Shown here piece by piece: positions 51,320 through 62,900 of a stretch of 64,000 nt of DNA. The DNA lies in NCBI GenBank assembly GCA_024704765.1, contig JAKMXF010000314.1, forward strand, positions 109,377-173,376, written 5' to 3'. The DNA is from Oopsacas minuta. Taxonomy: Eukaryota > Animalia > Porifera. Position 1 is the first letter of the stretch, and each line of letters starts with the position of its first letter. Below the pieces are notes generated by a model, which did no database searches, had not been told where the DNA came from, and was given only the letters and a program-made list of their open reading frames with translations. The translations under genes and the position numbers were made by a program.

Positions 51320-51474
51320 CAGTGGTTCTCAACTGGTGTGCCGCGGTATATGACATATTTCTAGTAACTTAGATACTGATGGTTTACAAAAGTATACTTT
51401 ACGCTTGACAAATGTGCCTTGAAAATATGGAAGATTTTACCATGCCTGAGGTAGGAAATGGTTGAGAAACACTG
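51320..51474. mobile_element. Buster/Charlie-type hAT MITE (155 bp)
   Basis: CAGTGGTTCTCAAC ... GTTGAGAAACACTG; 8-bp TSD ATTAAGAG / ATTTAGAG (1 mismatch). Confidence 0.8.
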
Positions 51475-52044
51475 ATTTAGAGCATATTCAGTGACATAAC
51501 TCCATTCTGCATATATGAAAACCTCAATATTCAGACTTTCTATTAGCTGTTAGATACTAAATGGTAATCTATAGATACAACAAAGTGTATGTGTGTGTCC
51601 ACGCGTTTTCGCAGAGATGCCTGGGCCGATCGAACCAAATTTTATATGTCGACTTAGTAGTACTCAAGTCATAATTCTTTTCATATATAATTCTACAGGC
51701 TACGAAACTATAGCTTGTTCATGGTCTAGAATTTCCTGAAGCATGGATTACTTCAAGTCAATAAAATCGACTTGCAATTTGATTATTCTCAAAATATAAA
51801 ATTGGTCCATTTGGCTCGAAGAATTGTATTATTGGTAGGAAATTTAGACAAGCCAAATCATCCAACTATTACTAATTTGAAATTACATCATCTGTTGGTT
51901 AAAAGCGCAACACGTGGATAAAAACCACCATTTTTAAGTTCAGATTCACTATCTCTAGTAAGTCTTAGATTCCAGAATAAATATCAAGTGATCTAAGGAT
52001 GTGTTTATACAAAATTGACATTTTGTAAGTATAATATTATCACG

Positions 52045-55000
52045 CGGTCGCAGCATTTGTTAGAATTTTGAAGTAGTCATTTGTTAGAATTTCTACAATT
52101 TGCACTTGTTAGAATGAGTTTTCATATGTTTGCATTTGTTAGAATTGTTCATTCATGATGTAGTGTTGAATGCACAACTCCAACGCCTTCATCATATCAG
52201 CCAAAGATATTGTTTGTCCCTGAGTTTAATCGCTCTGGAGGTACCAAACAAGATCCCCATCTGAATCGTATTTGGTAACATTTTTTGCCTCTGGTATATA
52301 TTCACAACTAATTATTTTGATGGAATAAACATTGGAGGAATACAAACGTACTGTCGGAAAGGTTTTCACTAGGTCAGATGGAAACAAATACATTCTTTCT
52401 AAATTAAATGCCAATTTTGTTTACCTAAGGTGTGCTTTATTCAGAGGTAGTTGCAAAGGAACATGTAACTCAATCGCGAAAGAGATCTGATTACTCCCTT
52501 AAATTCGCATAATCATGACCGTAAGCGTATAAAACTGAATAATTCGCTCTCAAAACAAATTTAAGACAGTTGTAAGAGACTAGCAAATGAATCTCCGGAA
52601 GGTTTCGATGATGTGACAAGAGATGATCCACGGGCATGTGAAATATCTTTTCAGAATACGAATCCACGATGTTTCGGGAGAGAATAACCCTAGAACCTAA
52701 GATCCCTCAGACAGCTTTGGAATTTAGTGACATGATAACTACAAATTTCGGGAAGTAGTACAAATTTAGCGTCTCTGTTGGCAATGAACTTGGTGTGGTA
52801 TTCTTTTCAGAGCCGATGAAAGATTGTTGTCACAAATTACCAACATACAATACGATGGGACATTTTTTACTGTACCCATTCAATTTTATCAGTTGTGGAC
52901 TATTTTTCTTACAGTGGGAAGGCACAATCTACTTGCGATACACTGCTTATTGACCAGGAAAAACCAACAGTTATATCTAGCTATACTGGAAAGCATTTCG
53001 CAGAATATTCCTCACTTTCGACCTCTGGCCCTAATGTCAGATTGGGAAGACGCCTCTTGAAATGCGTTTAGAGAAACTTATCCCAGGTAAAGATTTATGG
53101 ATGCTGGTTTCATTTCTGCCAGCGTATTCGGGAAAAAACTCAAAAGCTTGGATTTGTAGAAGGATACCGTAACAAGCAAGAAAATGAAAAATACATTAAA
53201 CAGCTGATCTCTATCCCATTTTTGCCAGCCGCGTTAATCATTCCTACTTTGATTTTATACAAGTTCCAGAAACTCTGAGGGAATAAAAGTCGAAAAGCTG
53301 AAGAAATACTTCAAGAGGAGGTGGATAAATCAAATTTCCCGTAGGAACTCTCCATTAATGACATAAATATCACAACCAACAACGGTTCCGAAAGTTACCA
53401 TTCAAAACTCAAGTCAAATATACATACAAGTCATCCTAGGATATGGAGTTTATTGGAGTTCTAAATAACATAATTCAGGATGTGGACATAATATTGGTAG
53501 TATGTGACAAGGCAGAGAAATTAGTAGGCCCCAAAAAGAATAATTTAATGAACTTTCAAAGTAGTTATATTTTGAAGCAAGAGTTTATGTATAGGGATCG
53601 ACCGGGGGCAAAATTTGGCCGGGGCCGAGCTGAAATATTATTGCCCGGGACCGGGGCCGGGGCCGGGGTTAGAGTTGATAGTAAATAATGCAAGTTTACA
53701 GTTGTTTCTGTGCTAATTAGTAATATTATTCACCTTATAAACCTATGCGCAAAGCTCCTTTAAAGTCAACAGCGTGAAAATGTAGTCAACGTGAATAGAG
53801 TAGTAATTGTAATCAGATATCTGGATTCTCAATACATAGGATCAATATAGCATATGTTATTTGAAAGTGTCAAAAGGTAATTATCATTGAATAATATAAA
53901 TAATACATACAATTGATTGTTTGAATTTACTATTCATACCAATGGCCAAAAGGTACGCATCTGAGACATGATGTAGATTGTTCAGATGAATCAATTGCCA
54001 AATGCAACATTTCTGTCTGTCACGGAAAAACGAGGAAGATACGAAGGGGTACTCATGGAGGTTCAAAAAAGTCTTTTTCAACTAAATCGCTTTGGAGTCA
54101 CCTGGAATCGTATCACCCTGCCGAATACAAGGAGGCAATAATAATAAGAAATGCTGATGAAGCAAAAAGATGCAAAAAAGATGAGGAGAATTCGAAGCAA
54201 CAATCTATCTACATTTTGGCTACCCCAGGTTCACAAACCCAACAGAGTCTAGAAGAAACATTCGAATTGAAAAAATGGCTACCTGATCACCCTGATCAAA
54301 ACAGGGGGAATTATTTAGCTGAATGGATATGTGATTCACTTCTCCCTTACACTACAGTTGAAAACGAAAGATTCGACGTTTTTATTAGTCATTTGAATCA
54401 CAAATTCGATGTTCCAAGTGAAAAAGTGCTCCGCCAAAGGATTATTCCAGATATATACAGACGTGTACAATTCAATATCATGGAGCTGTTGCACAATAAT
54501 CTCGGAGACTTTTGTAGTGCACCGACTGATATTTGGACATCAAAGAGTCAACATGCTTTTATTAGCTTCACGCTGCATTTCATCAACAAGAAAGGAGAGC
54601 GAAAAGCAGTTGTGCTGCGTTGTTTTCCATATGATACATCACATACAGCTGATTCAATTGCCAAGACGTTGCGCATGATCATTTTTGATTGGAAATTAGA
54701 GGGAAAGCTCCACTTAATATTGCGAGATAATGTCCTCAATATGGTGAATGCCATGGTTATCAACAACCAGGATAATGCAGATTGTTTTTTACATATTATA
54801 CATCTAGTGGTCATGAATTCTATTTTTGAACAAAGTGGTGTCCAATCCATGATGGCCCGTGCCACCAAATTGATTTCCTTTTTTCGGAAGAGTCCGAAGG
54901 CGATGGGAGTTCTCAGAGGTCATCAAGCAGATTACAATGGTGTTCCTGGATGCACTCTGATTTTAGGCGAGAAATCACGCTGGAGTTCTTACTATGCTAC

Positions 55001-56654
55001 GTTAGTCCGGTAAATTCAGCAGAAACGTGCTATTCGTTGCGCAGAAGATGATATCAATATAATATAGAATACCAACAAACTCCAAATGACTGGATGCTTA
55101 TTCCCAAAGTAATTCGTTTATTAAAACCATTTGCCGATGCAACATTGGATGCAGAACACGAATATGCTTGCAATTCCAATACCATTCCATTCATCAAGAA
55201 AATTTTTATGAATTGAATGCTATCGATGAATTTAGAATCAATACTATGAAAAACGAAATGATCGTACGACTGAAACGTTATTTTAGGGGGCTTGATCCCG
55301 GAGTGCATTTCGTTGATGTCGAAACAGTGAAGTGCATGCACTGGCCACTCTTCTGGAACCTAGATATAAAACGAGTGGCTTTATGGACAAGGCAAAAGCA
55401 AAAGAGGCAAAGGGTAAATTAGCTAGGGTTGCTTCCAACATCTTTGAACGGTCTTTGGCAGAAGGCAGTTTTCAAATTAACGCCGATTCCCCTGCAAAAA
55501 GTTGCTGGGATGTAATTTTAAGTGATTCAGATGGCCAATCCCATTCGGTTAATAATAATACTATTGTAATGAGGAGGATACGATCAGAAACGAAGTAAAA
55601 CATGAAATGTTGCACTCCTTCGCTGACAAGAAAATTCACCGAGAGCTAGATCCATTGTGGTACTGGCGTATAAACTTGAATCTGTATCCAATATTGTCTA
55701 TACTTGCCTTTCAGTATTTGAGTCCACCTTGCGGATCAGTTCCAAGTGAACGAGAATTTAAAATGGCCGGTAAAATTTCTCAAGGCGATTGGATCCGTTT
55801 GCTCCCTCCTAGCATAGAGAAGCTCTTGTTTCTCAAGTATAATCTCAGAGCGATTGGTTTTGGTTCATTCAAGCTACAGCAGCCACATCCTCAAGTTGTT
55901 CTTCCTAACCACAACTTAGAAGTTGAAGAAATTTGCGGGGACAAAGCAAGCTCACAAACTCAATAGAATCTTTGTTAGTACGAGTAGTTGATAGCGATAG
56001 ACTGATAGTATAGTAAGGTGAATTATATCTTTTCAAAACTAACTAGTCCCCGGCAAGGTTCGGGACTTTAGGCCGGGGACGGGGCCGGGACAAAAGTGGC
56101 CGGGATTGGGGCCGGGGCAGAGTGACGGTCGATCCCTAGTTATGTAACGAGATTACAATCCTTGGCAGTTCCTGGAAGCTATCAGCCACACTATTGGAAA
56201 TTCATATTCTCACTGCACTCTGACCCCGAGCGATAGCGAATTTTAGGACAACGAATCCGCAGATGAAGGGCCTACAGAAGAAAACAAATGCATTAATTGT
56301 TTGGGTCAACGTACAGCCACTTGGATATTAATGCCTTGCAGGCACGCTTGTTGTTATACCAGATGCAGCCAGAGGATTAAAGATCTAGGACAGCCGTGCC
56401 CTATATATCGCTCAGATATTGAGAAAACATTTCAAATATTTATGAATTAATTCTAATTCAAGTTATTGTTGTGTTTTCAGTCTATTAAACTCATTGATAT
56501 TCATTTAGTAAGGAACCCCATTCAAACAAATGCAAAAATACGAAAAAAACATTTCAACAAGTGCAAACATATGAAAAACTCATTCTAACAAGTCCAAACT
56601 GTAGAAATTCTAACAAATGACTACTTCTAAATTCTAACAAATGCATGCACTCCG
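52045..56654 (+). mobile_element. MULE (Mutator-like) transposon with FLYWCH-like, MULE and C-terminal RING domains; decayed; hosts a nested hAT
   Basis: ~100-bp TIRs built from TTTGTTAGAAT subrepeats; TSD-like TTATCACG / TTAGCACG; YLRC..RGSCKG..HNH, YDGTFFTVPIQFYQLWTI, MSDWEDA..GCWFHFCQ, TTNNGSESYHSKLK; RING at 56289-56450. Confidence 0.88.
53592..56138 (+). mobile_element. hAT transposon (Ac/ZBED4-like) nested in the MULE; transposase interrupted by a few stops and frameshifts
   Basis: TIRs TAGGGATCGACCG / CGGTCGATCCCTA; TSD TTTATGTA / GTTATGTA; CCGGGG subterminal repeats; TDIWTS, LRDNVLNM, CFLHIIHLVV, SRWSS, LLEPRYK, SVPSEREFK..EKLLFLKYNL. Confidence 0.93.
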
Positions 56655-58709
56655 TTAGCACGTTAATGAGCTATAGTAGGTGCCATGGATGGAAAATTTT
56701 TTGGCAAATCCAGTTAAAACTCAATAGTATCAAGAGTTTGGGTCAAATCACTCTATCCAACAAGTATTATATCCAAACTTTCCCAAACCTTAGTAATAAA
56801 TTTCTATACAATATTTGAAGCGGTATTGCGTAATCTTTGATAATTATCAAATATGGCCGATTGTGTCAATCAGGTTTTAGAAATAGTATCAAATGTATTA
56901 TAAGGGTATGGGAAGTTGGTATTTAGCACAGATAGGCTGGAATGATTTGCACTTCTAGCGAATATCAAGATTTGGTCAAATATGTGCACCCATGGCCTAA
57001 TACAACTCAATAACATGACACCTTTATCATTTCAATATTTCTATATTTTGAATGAAAACATCAATAAATTACCTACCGTGAATTTTGGAATCAAAGTCAC
57101 ACAAGTGCTCGATGAAAAAAGCTCGTAAAATGGCAGATGCAAAATTTCACTAATTGCAAATCAGATGAAGTCATCTCGGAACGTCAAGGTTTGATGAAAT
57201 AGCTATTATTAATGAATAACTATCAATAATACATATATTCATATGTAATACTAACATTCTCGATTATATAATCATATGTAATCGAGAATTTTAGAATTAC
57301 ATATCAAATTGAATGGGACTTAAAGCAATAAATGGTTAAATACCCGATAAAGGCCATAGTTTCGTATACTATGGAAAATTTCATATGATTTCTATCTGTG
57401 CACATTGACATATTTTAATGATTTTTGTGCCGATGTGGGCTTTTTTGAAAAACTCTGATTATTATCAGGTTACTTGAGCCAAAAAATGTTAAAGGTGGAT
57501 ACAAGGAGTATAAATATATACACACTTGTACATTCGAGGCTATTAAACAATACTAGGATGGGAAACACTTTTTACGGTACATTTTCGTTTTCAACTTGTA
57601 TTTTGAAATAGCGGCTGTCTGCTAATGCGGAGATACATCCCCTGGAATCGATAGCTGCTTGTTGATTTGGATTTCGATCGGACTCGTTAAGAATTTGCTT
57701 ATAATTGATATCGAACCACCACGAGCTAATTATAGACATCCAGACTCAACTAAGTCCGGCTCTAACTAGTCACTAACCATTTAAAGCGTTATAGTTCCAT
57801 CACAGGGCTTTAAACTCATTTTATAACCCACATGTATATTAGTTTCCTAATACCCTGAAGATTCATAGTGTGTATGCATACAAACGAAATTCTCTAACAC
57901 ACTGCACCATAATGACGTAACAATGACCGCTCCATATTTGGTGACGCAAACTGAAATATTGTAACTCCTCAGAGTATATTCCAAATTCTGTACTAAGACG
58001 CTTAGAATTAACCGTCACTCAAAAGGATTATTTGTTGATGATTGTCAAATGATTCTTAATTATAAGGAATGCATATTAGGAAGCTTTGTAAAAAGCCGAT
58101 TATTGCATATACATTTGCAAAGTTTTGAAAATGGGATCTCTCGATTTTTTCTTACCAAATATTAAAAATTTTGTCATGATAAAGTTCACATCTTCCAGCG
58201 TTATACTAGCAACTATGGATGACAAATTTTTGACAATATACACAATTAATTGAATAATGCAAGGAAAGTGTATCATTTTCTGACATCAAAAAGCTAGTGA
58301 AATTTCGATTTAGGTGCGGGAATTGGTGAAAACGAAGTGGTAGAGCTACCGTGTTCCTTTTCACTGTAATAGGTAATCTTGATTACTTTATACGTCATGG
58401 TCATCATCGCTCACACATATTGTGTATACCAACTACCTATGCCCTGATAATACATTTTAATATGATATCTCTGAAGATTATGACACAATTTGAAAATGAT
58501 CATATATGGCTCATTGCGAACTACGAAATTTTCTTAGGACATACCAAATGTAATATCAAGATATGGGAAGTTTGGTATATAATATATGTGTACTATAATT
58601 AAGTTTATGGTGAACATTGTTGAAAATCTTTCATCCATGGTTACAACACCAAATCGGGAACGCGCGAACTTCTATGGCATGTGGCTTGACCACTTTTCTG
58701 CAAGGACCC

Positions 58710-58985
58710 ATTCCATTTCTAAAGGAATCCCATAGGAATCCCGTGGGAGTCGCCATGGATAGTACCCAAGGAGCCCCAATGGAACGTCTCGATGATACCT
58801 AGAATTATTCTACTAAATATGCTATCAACACCATCATTATTATGGGATAACATTATCTCAGTGATTCCCGTGAGAATTTCCACAAGATTCCTGTGGGGAT
58901 TCCACACAGGAGAAATATTCATTCCACTCTTATTCCCATGGGATTGGGAATCCAAATGGGAATTCTCACTCCTACGGCAACCCTG
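58710..58985. mobile_element. Probable hAT-like MITE remnant with (AT)TCCC/GGGAAT subrepeats
   Basis: Right end ...ATTCCCATGGGATTGGGAAT...CGGCAACCCTG; repeated ATTCC/GGAAT motifs. The left end is not resolved. Confidence 0.4.
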
Positions 58986-60216
58986 AGTACTGTATTCATG
59001 TTGAATGTAAAGAAATATCAAGAATATTAAGGAACCAGCGTTGTCAATCTAAAAAAAGTGTTGAAAGATCATTTATAAGTTCGAAATGTGTATAACTAAA
59101 CTCAGCCCGACAGTGGCGTCGAACAAGGGGCAGTTGACGGGGTTTGGACAGAGTTTGAGATAGGAAAGTGTTACGGTCCTCCGTTGCTATGGAAAATGTG
59201 TCCAAGTATGATAATGTGACATATCAAATAGCGGGAAAATTGAAGCTTTTTACGCATCCGGAAATTCAAGATTGATTCGATGAGATTTGAAAAGGTGAGC
59301 CCCGGGGGACGTGTCAGCGCTTTAGCAGAAAGACACTAATTAAAATTTCAAGTTGCGAAAAATGCATCCGCAAGAATTGTTTCCAAACCCATTATTATTG
59401 TTCAGGGGCTTCAAATATACAAGTGTGCCAAATTTATGCTTATATCCACAATTTAACAATTTTAAGCTCAAGCCACCTGACTGGAATAATGATTTTAGTT
59501 CAAAAATAGCCCTCATCGGCGGCAAAAACTGGAAAATCTCATAGAGGACAGATGGAAAACAAATGCTTACTTGCCAACCTTCCACAGATCCCTGGATGAT
59601 TCTGGGATTTAATCGGGGAAAATTGCAAATCGAGGAAATAAATGGAATTTTGGGCTATCTTTTCATAAATGAGGGAATTAATTGTATAATTAACATAGGA
59701 AGATTGGAATCGAGGGACTTCGATGAAAGTATTGGGGAAAAGAGTTAGAAGAGGCTGGTAAGGTAGCAAATGAATATTCTATATAACGCATTATGCCATA
59801 AACACGAATATAATTAATGAGAAATATTCCAAAATATACATTTTGCTACGTCATAGTTCTGTTTTCCCTCAGAGTTGGTTTTAGTTCCAGTTTTCGCTAA
59901 CAGAAAGAACTCAAATTATTCGTATTGTTGAAATTCTCCATATCTAAAAACATAAGCTTATAGCAGTTTACAAAATATTTTGGGGTTATATGAGTTGTTT
60001 AATGTGAGGGTTTTTCAAGATTCTGAATATCCTTGGTCACACATCAAAAGGTCAAAATTTTTGACGTAATAAGTCTAAAACCACATGAGCAATGGTTTTT
60101 AATTTTTCACAGAATTAAAGACATGTAATAGCTTGATCTACAGCAAATTTCAGACGAATTGGTTGATGGTGGTAAAATGGCTGGCTGACTCGACATAGAA
60201 TTGCCTTAATTAATAC

Positions 60217-60349
60217 CTTTATATTTTATCGAAAGCATAGTTAGATCATACACTCTCCCAAGGAAAGAAACCCAAAGATCATCAGGGGTGTTGTGTAAGC
60301 AGAGCTCTGAATAAGTGTAAAAGCGCTGTGTGTTACTTCGTTTAAACAT
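60217..60349 (-). CDS. CYB5D1: CYB5D1 orthologue, coding exon 1 (133 bp from ATG, phase 1 end)
   Basis: [44 protein letters not shown]-g|gtatta, the cytochrome b5-like N-terminus ([15 protein letters not shown]) typical of CYB5D1. Confidence 0.92.
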
Positions 60350-60376
60350 GCTAACGATAAAAGATATAAAAGGGGG
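60350..60376 (-). promoter_or_regulatory. Splice-acceptor-like site one base upstream of the CYB5D1 ATG
   Basis: Minus strand CCCCCTTTTATATCTTTTATCGTTAG|C-ATG. Confidence 0.5.
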
Positions 60377-62900
60377 CAATGCATAGCATAAAAATGTAAT
60401 AACGGAAATCTAGCAAATCAAGAATTCTTATTTCTAGGATTCTGGTGCATTTAGACCAGGGATTCTAATCCAATCCAATCGAGAAAATTATCAATTGTAG
60501 ATTGGCACACTTTATGTAGATTGGATATCTATCAACTAATTTTGATCAATATTTCTCGATATGATGGATATCTTGAGATAGAATTTTTTTTAATACATTA
60601 GTATACACAAATTGAAAATTTCCTATCAATGACATTATACTGGATGGTTATAGCTTATCCTGTTAAATTGGAATTTTAATTATGGAGCATATGGAACAAC
60701 ATGACCTATTCAAATGTGCCTGAACACATCATCACGTGTCGTTTTGGGATGTAAATTCAGAGATAGGTAAGTGTAATGATCTCAGTCGGAGAGACTTACC
60801 CCCAATAGTAGAGACTTGCACATAACGACCATACATGCTTACTCAAGTAGGCTGAATTCGAATTTTTGCATTCTCAAGTTTCTCATACACCTATTTATTA
60901 GTTGTATTTAAGAATATAAAGTCAAGAACATAGCGAAATCTCAAAAATATTGGTAGAGACTTACTCTCAACAAATATAAGGGAATCCAAAGACGATGGAT
61001 CAGAATTTCAGAATTTGGTAAGTAAATTGTGGTTTTATGATTATACAGTAAACAATCATTGGGATCTCGAAATTATCGTAGAAACTTGCACCTAATAGTC
61101 ATACATAGGAAATCAAGTAAGCTGTTATCCAAATTTCGCATTTTTTACTTATCATAAGTAATTTATAGTGTTTAATGAAATTATAGTAATAAAAGAAATT
61201 ACTTACTGGTCTCAGAAACATGGTTTCAGCAGTAATACGGTGTAATTGAGTAACATTAAATCCGATATTCGCATTGCAGGTCATTCATATATAAAATTGT
61301 TGTTCTTAATAAAAAGATCGGGCCATGAAGTGCCAACTTACATATGAACATGGGGTCTTGCAGCCATGTGCGCGAGCAAGCGAAGCGCCTTGTAATTGAT
61401 GTATATACCGATAAATATCAATTAAAATTCCATAATTATCTATAAAATAGTAACAACATACCGATGAAAAGATCGATGAATTTCCTGATGTCGATATCGA
61501 TTGGATTGGTAAAGAATAGTCTAGAATGCTCAAAATTTGATGGATAGGATTGTATTTATCGCGATTGGATTGGCATTCCTGAATTAGACCAGTGGATATA
61601 CCAGTAATTGTCGAACTGGGGCACACTCTTGATATATAATATTCGAAGGGACACATGTCAAGGGTGGATTCAACTTTGGAGAATTCCAGGTCAACTTCCC
61701 TGGTCACTTTCAAAAACCTCCGATTTGATCATAACTTTGTGAGTCATTTGTCATTGACATGCCATTGATTTTGAGTAAGTCTCAAATCATTCAGTCACAA
61801 GGTTATACATTGGCAAAAGTTAAAAGTGGTTATAAAATCAAACTTGATCTTTCTTAGAAACTGACCTCCCTTAATAAAAACTAATACATAATTGTAAGAT
61901 GTACTCATTTTATCATAAAAACTTCATATTATATACAAAAGAGGTGGAGAATTCAATAAAATCAAAATTGGAGTGATTCGGATATACTGGCTCAAAACTA
62001 TATCTGAAATCGTTACCGGAAGTAGAATCGGATCTATGATATAGAATTCGGGATTATTTCAGGACTAAAATTCACAAATGTTACGTATATTATAGATTTG
62101 ACTGTGATTTCAGAATATAGTAAGTTTCTTTTAGTTCCCATGGTCCCTTGAAGTTATTAGCAATTATCTATCACTGATCGCCAAAATCACCAATTATAAT
62201 CTGAAAAATTCAAAACTTACGAAAAGGAAAGATACATATTGTGAGGTAGGTTTTGGTAATATTTAAGCAATTACATTCCTGATCTTATTTTATGCCTAAA
62301 TTACATTGCGTTCAAACTGACCAATTGGTCGGGATCTAAAATTCAGGAATAGACCAACCCAGGTCTGCCTCAAAATCCCGGAACGGGTCGTTGATACCAC
62401 ATTATTGTTCATTGAATTACCACAACAAGATTTAAATTACATTAGTATTTACACTGACTACTAAAACTACTGGACGAGAGTTCAACTTCAATTCACCGAG
62501 GGAAATGAAAACTCTCTCAAAATCATTCGAAAATGTGGACATTACAACGTCAACGTGTATATCTTTTAAGAATAACCTGAAATTTTAAGCACTAAATTTA
62601 TATCGTTGTTCCCAAAATCAGTCACATTAATTTATGCCCCAACTTGGCCAAATGTCTTTGATTGCATACAAAAATCTATCCTATTAAAAAATGTAATTAT
62701 TCTGTATGCAAAGTGAAGTCTGCCAAAACGGACACTTCGATAAGCGGGCACATCTTGTGGCACGGATTTAATTTACTATGGATGTAATTACTACTTGAGC
62801 AGTCTCCGTGAAGCGGACAATTCTTTACAAAGGACAGATACCATGCCCCCGGAGTATGCGTAAATCATAGACTCCACTGTATGTATATATATATATATTA

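Noticed and set aside
60400-60540. CCAAT boxes / X-box-like site as the CYB5D1 promoter
   Set aside because: Short motifs are common by chance, and the splice acceptor before the ATG suggests transcription starts further upstream.
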